From Dysosmobacter sp. (lineage in GTDB: Bacteria; Bacillota; Clostridia; Oscillospirales; Oscillospiraceae): a DNA stretch of 64,000 nt. Positions 49,974-58,282 of this stretch are shown one piece after another (the stretch's first letter is position 1; every line of letters begins with the position of its first letter). The position numbers and the translations under genes are program-made. Under the pieces are notes generated by a model that had not been told where the DNA came from, made no database searches, and was given only the letters and a program-made list of their open reading frames with translations. The DNA is taken from contig NZ_JAXEBZ010000063.1 in assembly GCF_034093755.1 (NCBI RefSeq), positions 2,261-66,260 of the forward strand. The letters run 5' to 3'.

Positions 49974-50009
49974 AACACGCAGCCGGTATCTGCCGGCTGC
50001 GTGTTTTTT
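49974..50009 (+). terminator. Intrinsic terminator after sipL
   Basis: aacacgcagccgg-tatctg-ccggctgcgtg-tttttt. Confidence 0.8.
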
Positions 50010-50082
50010 GCCGCATACTTTTTCAGCCCCGCTCATACAGATGTAGCATGAAAACGTGGAGGGCTGAAAAGGACGGGATATT

Positions 50083-51561
50083 ATGACAAATACATCCATC
50101 TATCAGAATATTGCCACCCGCACCGCCGGAGACATTTACATCGGGGTGGTAGGGCCGGTGCGCACGGGAAAATCCACCTTTATCAAGCGGTTCATGGAGA
50201 CGCAGGTCATCCCCGGCATCGACAATGTCTACCGCCGGGAGCGGGCGCGGGATGAGCTGCCCCAGAGCGGGTCCGGCCGCACCATCATGACGGCGGAGCC
50301 GAAATTCGTGCCGGAGGAGGCCGTGGAGGTCCGACTGGAGGACGGCGCCGCCTTTTCCGTCCGGCTGATTGACTGCGTGGGCTATATGGTGCGGGGCGCC
50401 ATCGGGCAGTTTGAAAATGACACGCCCCGTATGGTCACCACGCCCTGGTTTGACCACGAAATCCCCATGACGGAAGCGGCGGAGGTCGGAACCCGGAAGG
50501 TGATCACGGAGCACTCCACCATCGGCATTGTCATCACCACCGACGGGACGGTGGCGGATATCCCCCGGGAGGATTACGTGGAGGCGGAGGAGCGGGTGAT
50601 CCGTGAGCTGCAGGAGCTGGGAAAGCCTTTTATTGTGCTGCTGAACTCCGCGGAGCCGGGTTCTGAGCGGGCCGGCGCCATCAGCCGGGACATCTCTGCC
50701 CGCCATCAGGTGAACTGCATGCCGGTCAACTGCCTGGAGCTGGGAGAGGAGGATGTGACCCGCATTCTCAAGGCGGTGCTCTATGAATTCCCCATGCAGG
50801 AGCTGGACCTGTTTCTCCCGCCGTGGGTGGACGCCCTTCCGGCGGATCACCCCATCAAAAGCGGGCTTTACGAGGCTGTGCGGGAGCATACCGCCCAGCT
50901 CCGCCACATCCGGGAGGTGGATGGCGTGGCCCGGACTCTGGGGGACTGCGAGAACATCAGCCAGGCGAAGATCACCAGCATCGACCTGGGTACCGGAATT
51001 GCCGCCATTGAGGTCCAGCTGCCCCGGACGCTGTTTTACCAGACCCTGTCTCAGCAGTCCGGCTTCTCTGTGGGAGATGACGGCGATCTGATGAGCCTGC
51101 TGACAAAGCTGTCTTCGGTGAAGGCGGAGTATGACAAGGTGGCCGAGGCGCTGAAGGATGTGCGGGAGACGGGCTACGGCATTGTGGTGCCCGGCATTGA
51201 GGAGCTGCGGCTGGAAGAGCCGGAGATTGTCCGGCAGGGAGGCCGCTACGGCGTGCGGCTGAAGGCCAGCGCACCCTCCATCCACATGATCCGGGCGGAC
51301 ATCGAGACGGCGGTCTCGCCCATTGTTGGCAACGAAAAGCAGTCTGAGGACATGGTGAATTACCTTCTTCAGGAGTTTGAGGGAGATACCCGGAAAATCT
51401 GGCAGTCCAACATCTTCGGCCGCAGCTTCCATGAGCTGGTGAACGAGGACCTGCAGAACAAGCTGCACCGCATGCCGGAGGATGCCCGGAAGAAGCTGCA
51501 GGAGACCCTGACCCGCATCATCAATGAGGGCAGCGGCGGCCTGATCTGCATCATTCTGTAA
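50083..51561 (+). CDS. spoIVA: Stage IV sporulation protein A
   Basis: IYIGVVGPVRTGKSTFIKRFM, DELPQS, EPKFVP, C-terminal NEGSGGLICIIL; 492 aa; sigma-E-like gcata...catacagat at 50013-50042. Confidence 0.97.
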   Translation: MTNTSIYQNIATRTAGDIYIGVVGPVRTGKSTFIKRFMETQVIPGIDNVYRRERARDELPQSGSGRTIMTAEPKFVPEEAVEVRLEDGAAFSVRLIDCVGYMVRGAIGQFENDTPRMVTTPWFDHEIPMTEAAEVGTRKVITEHSTIGIVITTDGTVADIPREDYVEAEERVIRELQELGKPFIVLLNSAEPGSERAGAISRDISARHQVNCMPVNCLELGEEDVTRILKAVLYEFPMQELDLFLPPWVDALPADHPIKSGLYEAVREHTAQLRHIREVDGVARTLGDCENISQAKITSIDLGTGIAAIEVQLPRTLFYQTLSQQSGFSVGDDGDLMSLLTKLSSVKAEYDKVAEALKDVRETGYGIVVPGIEELRLEEPEIVRQGGRYGVRLKASAPSIHMIRADIETAVSPIVGNEKQSEDMVNYLLQEFEGDTRKIWQSNIFGRSFHELVNEDLQNKLHRMPEDARKKLQETLTRIINEGSGGLICIIL

Positions 51562-51564
51562 TGA

Positions 51565-51597
51565 AAAGAGCCGGACGGCCACTGGCCGTCCGGCTTT
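51565..51597. terminator. Bidirectional terminator between spoIVA and the XRE gene
   Basis: aaagagccggacggcc-act-ggccgtccggcttt. Confidence 0.7.
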
Positions 51598-51615
51598 CAG
51601 ACTGTCGAAAAGTTT

Positions 51616-52776
51616 TCAGGTCTTGTACGCCGCTTTCCCGTTTTTGGCCGCATAGGTTCCCAGGCGAATGCAGCGCTCCAGATTCTCCAGATCCGGCATG
51701 ACGTGGACCTCGCCCGCCGCCTGCTGGCTGTAATGCTCCATCTGGTAGCCGATGAGGACGGAGCGGGCGGAGATCACCCGCTGCGCCAGCGGGGAACAGA
51801 CGTGCTCAAACATCATCTCCAGTATGGCCAGCCAGTTGGAGCCATGGGTTCCGGCCACCAGATAGAAGGTCTTCCGAAGCTCCTGGCTGCTTGTTCCGGA
51901 CAGGTAGCGGATCAGCTCATCGCGGCGCGTCTCGTCATTCTCAACAACCGGCAGGTTTTCCGAGGGGTAAAGTGTGCAGTGGATATACCGCCAGGCCGGC
52001 ATATTCAGGACCCGGAACCAGGCGCACAGGTCCAGAAACGACGGGCTGTGTCCGGATTCCCAGTTGTGGATGGTATGCTCCGTTTTTCCCAGGGCCTTTG
52101 CCAGCTCCTTTTGCGTGGCGCCGGAGTCAATCCTGGCCCGTGCCATCATGGCGGAACAGAAGCCCGGCTCGTAGAGCTGCCAGATGGTATATCCGGAGGC
52201 GTTCTGCCCGGAAAGTGAGGCCTCTTTCGCGGCGGCAATGGCTTTCAGCAGCAGCGGACGGTCCGCCTCAATTCTGGGAGGCTGACGGATCAGGTGGTTG
52301 GCGGCACTGAGATCATAGGATACCTGAATGATCTCCGCCACACGGTACCGGCTGGCGAGGCTTGTGTGGACATGGGCAGAGGTCATGTCCAGCAGACCGG
52401 ACCACTCGGAGCCGTGCTGCCCGAAAATGAGATAGTGAAGCTTTTGAATCTCCGCCGGTCCGGCGACTGTGGAAAAGTAGAACTCTCCGGCCTGCCGGAT
52501 CCGTTCGTCGGGATCTTCCGCGGACAACCCGGAAAATACCTCCGGCCAGAAAAAATCCAGCATGGGGCGGAATGGGCTTTCGCCCACAGTCCGGAACCAT
52601 TCAAAGATTCCGTGCAGAGTGGGGGAGCCTTGCCCGCTTTCCCATGCTTTGATGGTACTTTCCGAGACATCCAGTGCTTGGCTCATTGCTTTCCGGCTTA
52701 ATCCGGAACGGGTCCTGCTTTTGACCAGCATGTCACCGCAGCGGTCGGCTTCTGCAATGCTATGGTTGAATAACAA
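51616..52776 (-). CDS. XRE-family HTH protein made of two tandem ~190-aa repeats
   Basis: Two HTHs (SGLSRKAMSQALDVSESTIKAWESG; SGATQKELAKALGKTEHTIHNWESG), each followed by G.HGS.W...L.M...HV...LA.R; RBS aggagg. Confidence 0.85.
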   Translation of the reverse strand: MLFNHSIAEADRCGDMLVKSRTRSGLSRKAMSQALDVSESTIKAWESGQGSPTLHGIFEWFRTVGESPFRPMLDFFWPEVFSGLSAEDPDERIRQAGEFYFSTVAGPAEIQKLHYLIFGQHGSEWSGLLDMTSAHVHTSLASRYRVAEIIQVSYDLSAANHLIRQPPRIEADRPLLLKAIAAAKEASLSGQNASGYTIWQLYEPGFCSAMMARARIDSGATQKELAKALGKTEHTIHNWESGHSPSFLDLCAWFRVLNMPAWRYIHCTLYPSENLPVVENDETRRDELIRYLSGTSSQELRKTFYLVAGTHGSNWLAILEMMFEHVCSPLAQRVISARSVLIGYQMEHYSQQAAGEVHVMPDLENLERCIRLGTYAAKNGKAAYKT

Positions 52777-52992
52777 GTCGCAGCTCCTCCTTTCAAAAAA
52801 CTATTGGCGGGGAAAATGAACCTGAAAAAAATCGGCAGACGGAAGGCGTGAAAAACGGTGAAAAATATTGCGGTTTTCCGGTGCCTCAAAAGATGAAAAA
52901 ATGTTGTCTGATTTTGGGAGATTTTCGGTAAGGCACAAATCGGCGTTCTCTGCTAAAGTAAGGTCGTAGGAAAAAAGAAGGGAGGATAAAAA

Positions 52993-53757
52993 GTGAATAC
53001 AGTCAAAGTTGTCATCGCAGACCAGGAGCGTGCTTTCCGTGATCTTCTGAAAAAGCGGCTGGCTTTTGAGCCGGACATCAGCGTTGTCGGAACCGCAGAA
53101 GACGGATGGGAACTGCTGCGGCTCATTCACGAGCGCTGTCCGGACATGGTGGTCATGGACCTATCTCTTGGCAATGGGCTTGTGCTGCTCCCCTTTATCC
53201 ACCAGCGGAAGAGCACCGTGAAGATCCTGGTGGTCTCCGGAAACGGAAAAGACTTTCCGGAACCGCCGTCAGCCGAGCTGGGCATTTATTATTACCGGGG
53301 CCGCAAGAGCCAGCTGGAGGGTCTGCTGCGATACATGCGGGACATTTCGGGTCTTCTTCCCATGCCGCGGGCAGTCAGGGGCCATCCCGACGGCACGCTG
53401 GAGGCCAGAATCTCCCTGCTTCTGCGGGAGTTTGGCATTCCGGCCAATATCAAGGGCTACCAGTATCTCCGGCAGGCCATCCAGATGGTGGTGGAGTCGC
53501 CGGAGAACATGAGCGCGGTGACAAAAATCCTGTACCCGGATATTGCAAAATGCTACAAGACCACTGCCAGCTGCGTGGAACGTGCCATGCGCAACGCCAT
53601 TGAAGTGGCCTGGAGCAGGGGAAACGTGGAGTGTCTGCAAAAATACTTTGGCTATACCATCAGTCCTCATGCGGGAAGACCCACCAATTCGGAGTTTATC
53701 GCGACTCTGGCGGATATTATCTGTCTGGAGGAGAAGCAGCCGGAATCCACTGCGTGA
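52993..53757 (+). CDS. Spo0A-like response regulator paralogue with atypical receiver
   Basis: Receiver (VVIADQ, PDMVVMDL) plus Spo0A C-domain (GIPANIKGYQYLR, VTKILYPDIAK, VERAMRNAIEVAW.RG, PTNSEFIA); RBS ggagg and GTG start. Confidence 0.85.
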   Translation: MNTVKVVIADQERAFRDLLKKRLAFEPDISVVGTAEDGWELLRLIHERCPDMVVMDLSLGNGLVLLPFIHQRKSTVKILVVSGNGKDFPEPPSAELGIYYYRGRKSQLEGLLRYMRDISGLLPMPRAVRGHPDGTLEARISLLLREFGIPANIKGYQYLRQAIQMVVESPENMSAVTKILYPDIAKCYKTTASCVERAMRNAIEVAWSRGNVECLQKYFGYTISPHAGRPTNSEFIATLADIICLEEKQPESTA

Positions 53758-53932
53758 CGGATGATCATATACCAAAATGAGACAAAATGTCCCACTACTA
53801 TCAATTTATCTGAATTTCAAGTTTTTGTCAATTAAAATTTTCCTACAAGGTTGGCGGGATAATCCCCGCTGCGGACCGGCGGCCTTTCCGGAAGCGGGGG
53901 CTGCCGGTTTTTCACTTCCGGAATGCCGGGAA

Positions 53933-53961
53933 TTGACAACCGCGCTTTCGCGTATTATGAT
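53933..53961 (+). promoter_or_regulatory. Sigma-A promoter of the cobalamin operon
   Basis: TTGACA-17-TATGAT. Confidence 0.8.
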
Positions 53962-53984
53962 GGTTCCACAGAAAACCGCATACT

Positions 53985-54220
53985 GCCCCGACTTTTGTGG
54001 CATTCGCGCGACCTCTCCGGAGACACGCGATCTTGTTCGGCTGAACAAGGGAACCGGGTGAAAACCCCGGACACGGTACCGGTTTACCGGCACTGTGCTG
54101 TAAGCATGGAGCACATCCTTTTTCTGCGAAAGCAGGTCACTGGCTTTGGCTGGGAAGGCGAAGGATGGGCGCTGGCGCGGCTGCGCCTGAACATGTCAGT
54201 CAGAAGACCTACAAAAGGGC
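53985..54220 (+). promoter_or_regulatory. Cobalamin riboswitch
   Basis: AAGGGAA-ccgGGTGAAAAccccgg, CACTGT/CTGTAA, GTCACTG...GGGAAGG, B12-box AGTCAGAAGACCT; P1 cttttgtgg/ctacaaaag. Confidence 0.9.
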
Positions 54221-54280
54221 AAGCCTCCCGAAAACGGGAGGCCTGCTTGTCATGGAAAGGTTTCCCTTTCCTCATGCCGC

Positions 54281-54310
54281 AAAGAAGGACGCAAGGCGCC
54301 CTTCTTTTTC
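54281..54310 (+). terminator. Riboswitch expression-platform terminator
   Basis: aaagaaggacgc-aag-gcgcccttc-ttttt just before the RBS. Confidence 0.6.
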
Positions 54311-54344
54311 ATTTGACTTTGGCAGTATGCAAGGAGGAGTATTC

Positions 54345-56888
54345 ATGAAGAAAAATATGCTGTCCCTGTGCTTGGCGGTGTCCCTGATTCTGGGGACGGT
54401 GCCCGCCGCGGCCGCCGATGACGCGGCACCGCCGTTTTCCGCCCGCAGCGGGGAAACGGCACTGGAGGTGGTTCTCTCGGAGGAGGACTACTCGTATACT
54501 GTGGTGACGGAGTATGACGAAAACTGGAATCCCGTGACCGTTGAGATGCGGACCGCGCCGCTGTATGAGGTGACGGTTCCGGAGGATGCCGCGGATGTCG
54601 TCCTGGATTTCAGCGGGGAGCTGCGTCTTGCCTACGGCTATGACGGCAGCGGAAACTATGTGGCCTCCTACGGTGACTACGGCGACGGGACTGTCGGCCG
54701 GACCACTGCTGCTGTTTCCGGGGAGCTGCCGGATTATGTGCAGGTGCAGACGCCGTATGATGAGAGCTGGAACTCCACGCTGCTGTACGCGGTGACGTTT
54801 CAGACCTCCGGCGGCTCCCGGGAGCCGGGCGTGCCCGGAGAAAAAGGCCCCTCTGCTGAGCAGCTGATGGCGGCCATTGCCGCCGGATATACGGAGAGTT
54901 CCACGGACTGGGTGGTGATGGATATGGCCGCCTACGCCGCCATCCGGCCGGAAACTGCCGCAAAGACCACGGCTGCGGCAAAGCAGGCTTATATAGACGG
55001 GGCGATTGCGGCTTTGGCTGGCGACAGCGCCTCCGATACCGTTTGCGCCAAGACCGTGCTGGTCATGACCGCCATCGGCGCGGACGCGGAGCAGCTCTGG
55101 CCCGCCGGAAGCGCTGTCCCTGTCAGCGCCGTGGAGAAGCTGAATGCCGCAAGCAAGTCCACCAGCGTCTGGAGTGCTCCGTATACGCTGGCAGCCTACA
55201 ACCAGGGGGCGTATACCGGTACGGAGGACTATGAAGAGCAGCTGATCTCCGCGCTGCTGAGCGCCCAGGGCGAGGACGGCAGCTGGAATGAGTGGGGGAC
55301 CATCGACACCACCGCCAACGCCATCGCCGGTCTCAGCTTCTATGGAGACAGAGGGGAAGTGTCGGCTGCCATTGAACGGGGCCTGGGCTATCTTTCCGGG
55401 AAAATGAGCGAAAACGGCACGTTTGATGACGGCTACGGTGCCAACTCCAACTCCACCGCCATGGTGGTCATTGCCCTGGCAGCTGCCGGTGTGGACCCTG
55501 ATGGGGACAGCCGCTTTGTCACGGAAGACGGCGTCAGCGTCCTGGACGGCCTGCTGTCCTTTGCGCTGGAGGACGGCAGCGGCTTTGGCTATTCAGACGC
55601 CTCTGCCGCCAACGCCTATGCCACGGAGCAGAGCTTCCGTGCCCTGATCGCGGCGGCTGGGTTCGCGGAGACCGGAAACGCTTACAATGTCTATGATTTC
55701 AGCGAAAACAGCGTAACGCCTGCCTATGCCACCGATGCCGGCGGCGATGACGGCGATGATGAGGGCGGTTCCCATGACCGGCCCCAGCCTTCCGGAGAGA
55801 TCACGGTTTCCTTCACCCTGAAGAGTGACAGCACCACCTGGCTGCCCCGGCGGGCAGTGACGGTGGACGAGGATGCCACAGTCTGTGATGTTGTGACGCA
55901 GGTGCTGGATCGGGAAGGCTACACCTACGACGATCCCTCTGACAATTATATTGCCTGGGTCCAGCATCCCGACGGCGACCGTCTGGCGGAGTTTGATCAC
56001 GGCCCAAACTCCGGCTGGATGTACACTCTGAACGGAGCGCATCCCACCCGGAACATCAATGAGCAGACGCTGGAAGACGGTGACAAGGTGGTGTTCCACT
56101 ACACCGGCGACTATACACAGGAAGAGGATCAGAAGAATGAGGTGAGCACGGCGGACCGGACGGCCGCCGAAGCGGTGAAGAATCTGATCAATCAGATCGG
56201 CTCCGTGACCGCTGACAGCCTTCAGGAGATTCAGGCGGCCCGCTCCGCCTATGATGCCCTGAGCGGTGAGCAGCGGGAGCTGGTTACCAATTATCAGACG
56301 CTGATGGATGCGGAGGCAGCCCTGCAGAAGCTGACCGCGCCGCTGCCCTTTACGGATGTGGAGGGCCACTGGGCGCTGGACGCCATCCGGTATGTCTGGC
56401 AGCGCGGACTGATGCAGGGAACTTCCGACACCGTGTTCTCGCCGGAGCGGAACGTGACCCGGGGCATGATCGCCGCCATTCTGTACCGGATGGCGGGGCA
56501 GCCCGCTGTGAAGAACACAGGGGTGTTTACCGATGTCCCCATGGACAGCTACTGCGCTGACGCTGCCGCATGGGCGGCGGAAAACGGCATCATGCAGGGC
56601 TACACCGCCACAACCTTCGGCCCCGGCGATGCCATCACCCGCCAGCAGCTGGCCGCTGTTTTGTACCGTTACGCGGCCTGTTCCGGCCGGAACACCGGCG
56701 TCCGGGCGGATCTCAGCGCCTTTGAGGACGCAGCCGCTGTGGGCGGCTATGCCGTGGCGGCCATGCAGTGGGCCAACGCGGAAGGACTCATCAATGGGCG
56801 CTCCGACACGGTTCTGGACCCCGGCGGAAACGCCAACCGCGGGCAGACCGCGGTGATTCTGACCCGGTATCTGGGGGCGGCAGAGTAA
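54345..56888 (+). CDS. SLH-anchored transcobalamin-like protein: signal peptide, prenyltransferase-type alpha/alpha barrel, DUF4430 beta domain, 3 SLH
   Basis: Barrel repeats LLSAQGEDGSW..IDTTANAIAGL, NGTF..NSNSTAMVVIAL; DUF4430 LAEFDHGPNSGWMYTLNG..L.DGDKVVFHYT; SLH PFTDV.GHWA, TRG, TRQ; RBS aggagg. Confidence 0.85.
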   Translation: MKKNMLSLCLAVSLILGTVPAAAADDAAPPFSARSGETALEVVLSEEDYSYTVVTEYDENWNPVTVEMRTAPLYEVTVPEDAADVVLDFSGELRLAYGYDGSGNYVASYGDYGDGTVGRTTAAVSGELPDYVQVQTPYDESWNSTLLYAVTFQTSGGSREPGVPGEKGPSAEQLMAAIAAGYTESSTDWVVMDMAAYAAIRPETAAKTTAAAKQAYIDGAIAALAGDSASDTVCAKTVLVMTAIGADAEQLWPAGSAVPVSAVEKLNAASKSTSVWSAPYTLAAYNQGAYTGTEDYEEQLISALLSAQGEDGSWNEWGTIDTTANAIAGLSFYGDRGEVSAAIERGLGYLSGKMSENGTFDDGYGANSNSTAMVVIALAAAGVDPDGDSRFVTEDGVSVLDGLLSFALEDGSGFGYSDASAANAYATEQSFRALIAAAGFAETGNAYNVYDFSENSVTPAYATDAGGDDGDDEGGSHDRPQPSGEITVSFTLKSDSTTWLPRRAVTVDEDATVCDVVTQVLDREGYTYDDPSDNYIAWVQHPDGDRLAEFDHGPNSGWMYTLNGAHPTRNINEQTLEDGDKVVFHYTGDYTQEEDQKNEVSTADRTAAEAVKNLINQIGSVTADSLQEIQAARSAYDALSGEQRELVTNYQTLMDAEAALQKLTAPLPFTDVEGHWALDAIRYVWQRGLMQGTSDTVFSPERNVTRGMIAAILYRMAGQPAVKNTGVFTDVPMDSYCADAAAWAAENGIMQGYTATTFGPGDAITRQQLAAVLYRYAACSGRNTGVRADLSAFEDAAAVGGYAVAAMQWANAEGLINGRSDTVLDPGGNANRGQTAVILTRYLGAAE

Positions 56889-56900
56889 CAGGAGGCTTTT

Positions 56901-57197
56901 ATGGAAAGAACAGATTCATCCGGCTTTTCCTTTTTCCAGAACCGGGCGTGCCCCTTTTTCCCCTGCCATCCGGCGGCGGATGGGGAGGGCTTCAACTGCC
57001 TGTTCTGCTACTGCCCCCTGTATGCGCTGGGGCGGAGCTGCGGCGGAGACTTCCGCTATACGGAAAGCGGCGTGAAGGACTGCGGCGGCTGTGTCCGGCC
57101 CCATGTGCCCGGCGGATATGAATATGTTCTTTCCCGATTAGACCGCCTGACGGACTGGATGCGGCGGGCGGAGGAACGGATGGAGGAGCTGACATGA
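56901..57197 (+). CDS. Cysteine-rich small domain (zf-like) protein
   Basis: FFQNRACPFFPCH...FNCLFCYCPLY...CGG...GVKDCGGCVRPH. Confidence 0.85.
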   Translation: MERTDSSGFSFFQNRACPFFPCHPAADGEGFNCLFCYCPLYALGRSCGGDFRYTESGVKDCGGCVRPHVPGGYEYVLSRLDRLTDWMRRAEERMEELT

Positions 57198-58276
57198 AGA
57201 CAGTCAAACGCGCCCTGCCGGTTCTCCTGGCGGTACTGCTGATACTGCAGACTACCCCGGCGGCGGCAGCCGCTGACAGCACTGCCGCCGCCGCTGCCCG
57301 CTGCGCCTCCTATCTGCTCTCTGCGGTGGACGCGCCGCAGGTGGGCTCTGTGGGAGGCGACTGGACGGTGATCGCCCTGGCCCGCGGCAATGCGGAAGTG
57401 CCGCAGGAATACTGGGAACGGTATTTCGCGGCTGTGAAGGAATACACCGCCGCCTGCGGCGGCGTGCTGCACCAGCGGAAGTACACAGAATACAGCCGGG
57501 TGTCGCTGGCCCTGACGGCCATCGGGGCAGACCCCGCTGACGTGGGCGGCTATGATCTGCTGGCTCCGCTGGGAGACTATGAAAAGACCACCTGGCAGGG
57601 CATCAACGGCGCCATCTGGGCGCTGATTGCCCTGGATTCCGGCGGATATGACGTGCCTGCGGCACCGGAAGGAAAGACCCAGGCGACCCGGCAGCGGTAC
57701 GTGGAGGCCATTCTGGCCCGGCAGCTGACCGACGGCGGCTGGAACATGACCGGCGCCGGTGACGCCGATCCGGACCTGACGGCCATGGCTTTGCAGGCGC
57801 TGGCGGGGTATCGGCAGCAGCCGGCGGTTCAGGACGCCGTGGATCGGGCCGTGGAGTGCCTCAGCAAGCTGCAGAACGGCAGCGGCGGCTACGCCACCCA
57901 GGGCGTTGTCACGGCGGAGAGCACCGCCCAGGTGATTCAGGCCCTGTGCTCCCTGGGGATTTCTCTGAACGATCCCCGCTTTATAAAGGGCGGCAGCAGC
58001 CTGCTGGACGACCTGCTCTCCTACCAGCAGGCCGACGGCAGCTTCCGCCACACCGCGGGCGGCTCCGGCAGCAGCCTGATGGCCACGGAGCAGGCGCTGT
58101 GCGCCCTGGATGCGGCGCTGCGGGCGGAGACCGGTGAGGCAGGGCTCTATCAGATGACAGACACGAAGATTGCTGTGGGCCGGACACCGCTGACCTCAGA
58201 GGCGCTGTGGCAGAGGATCGCTTATTCCGGCTGCGTTTTGGCAAGGTCCGTTGTGCTTGCCGCGGCGGTCCGGTAA
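57194..58276 (+). CDS. Secreted prenyltransferase/squalene-oxidase-repeat alpha-barrel protein (transcobalamin alpha-like)
   Basis: Signal peptide; GGDWTVIALAR, QGINGAIWALIALDS, QLTDGGW..DPDLTAMALQAL, Q..SGGY..ESTAQVI.AL, Q..DGSF..MATEQA. Confidence 0.85.
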   Translation: MKTVKRALPVLLAVLLILQTTPAAAAADSTAAAAARCASYLLSAVDAPQVGSVGGDWTVIALARGNAEVPQEYWERYFAAVKEYTAACGGVLHQRKYTEYSRVSLALTAIGADPADVGGYDLLAPLGDYEKTTWQGINGAIWALIALDSGGYDVPAAPEGKTQATRQRYVEAILARQLTDGGWNMTGAGDADPDLTAMALQALAGYRQQPAVQDAVDRAVECLSKLQNGSGGYATQGVVTAESTAQVIQALCSLGISLNDPRFIKGGSSLLDDLLSYQQADGSFRHTAGGSGSSLMATEQALCALDAALRAETGEAGLYQMTDTKIAVGRTPLTSEALWQRIAYSGCVLARSVVLAAAVR

Positions 58277-58282
58277 GGAGAG

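Noticed and set aside
52993-53757. Calling this gene the canonical spo0A
   Set aside because: The receiver residues and several usually invariant C-domain residues are substituted, and the usual gene context is absent.
54216-54250. gggcaagcctcccgaaaacgggaggc resembling a c-di-GMP-I riboswitch start
   Set aside because: It lacks the GACGCAAAG and second-stem features and is better explained as the B12 riboswitch expression platform.
54345-58276. Terpene cyclase or prenyltransferase biosynthetic cluster reading of the barrel proteins
   Set aside because: The proteins are exported, show no DxDD catalytic motif, and sit behind a B12 riboswitch with an ECF transporter.
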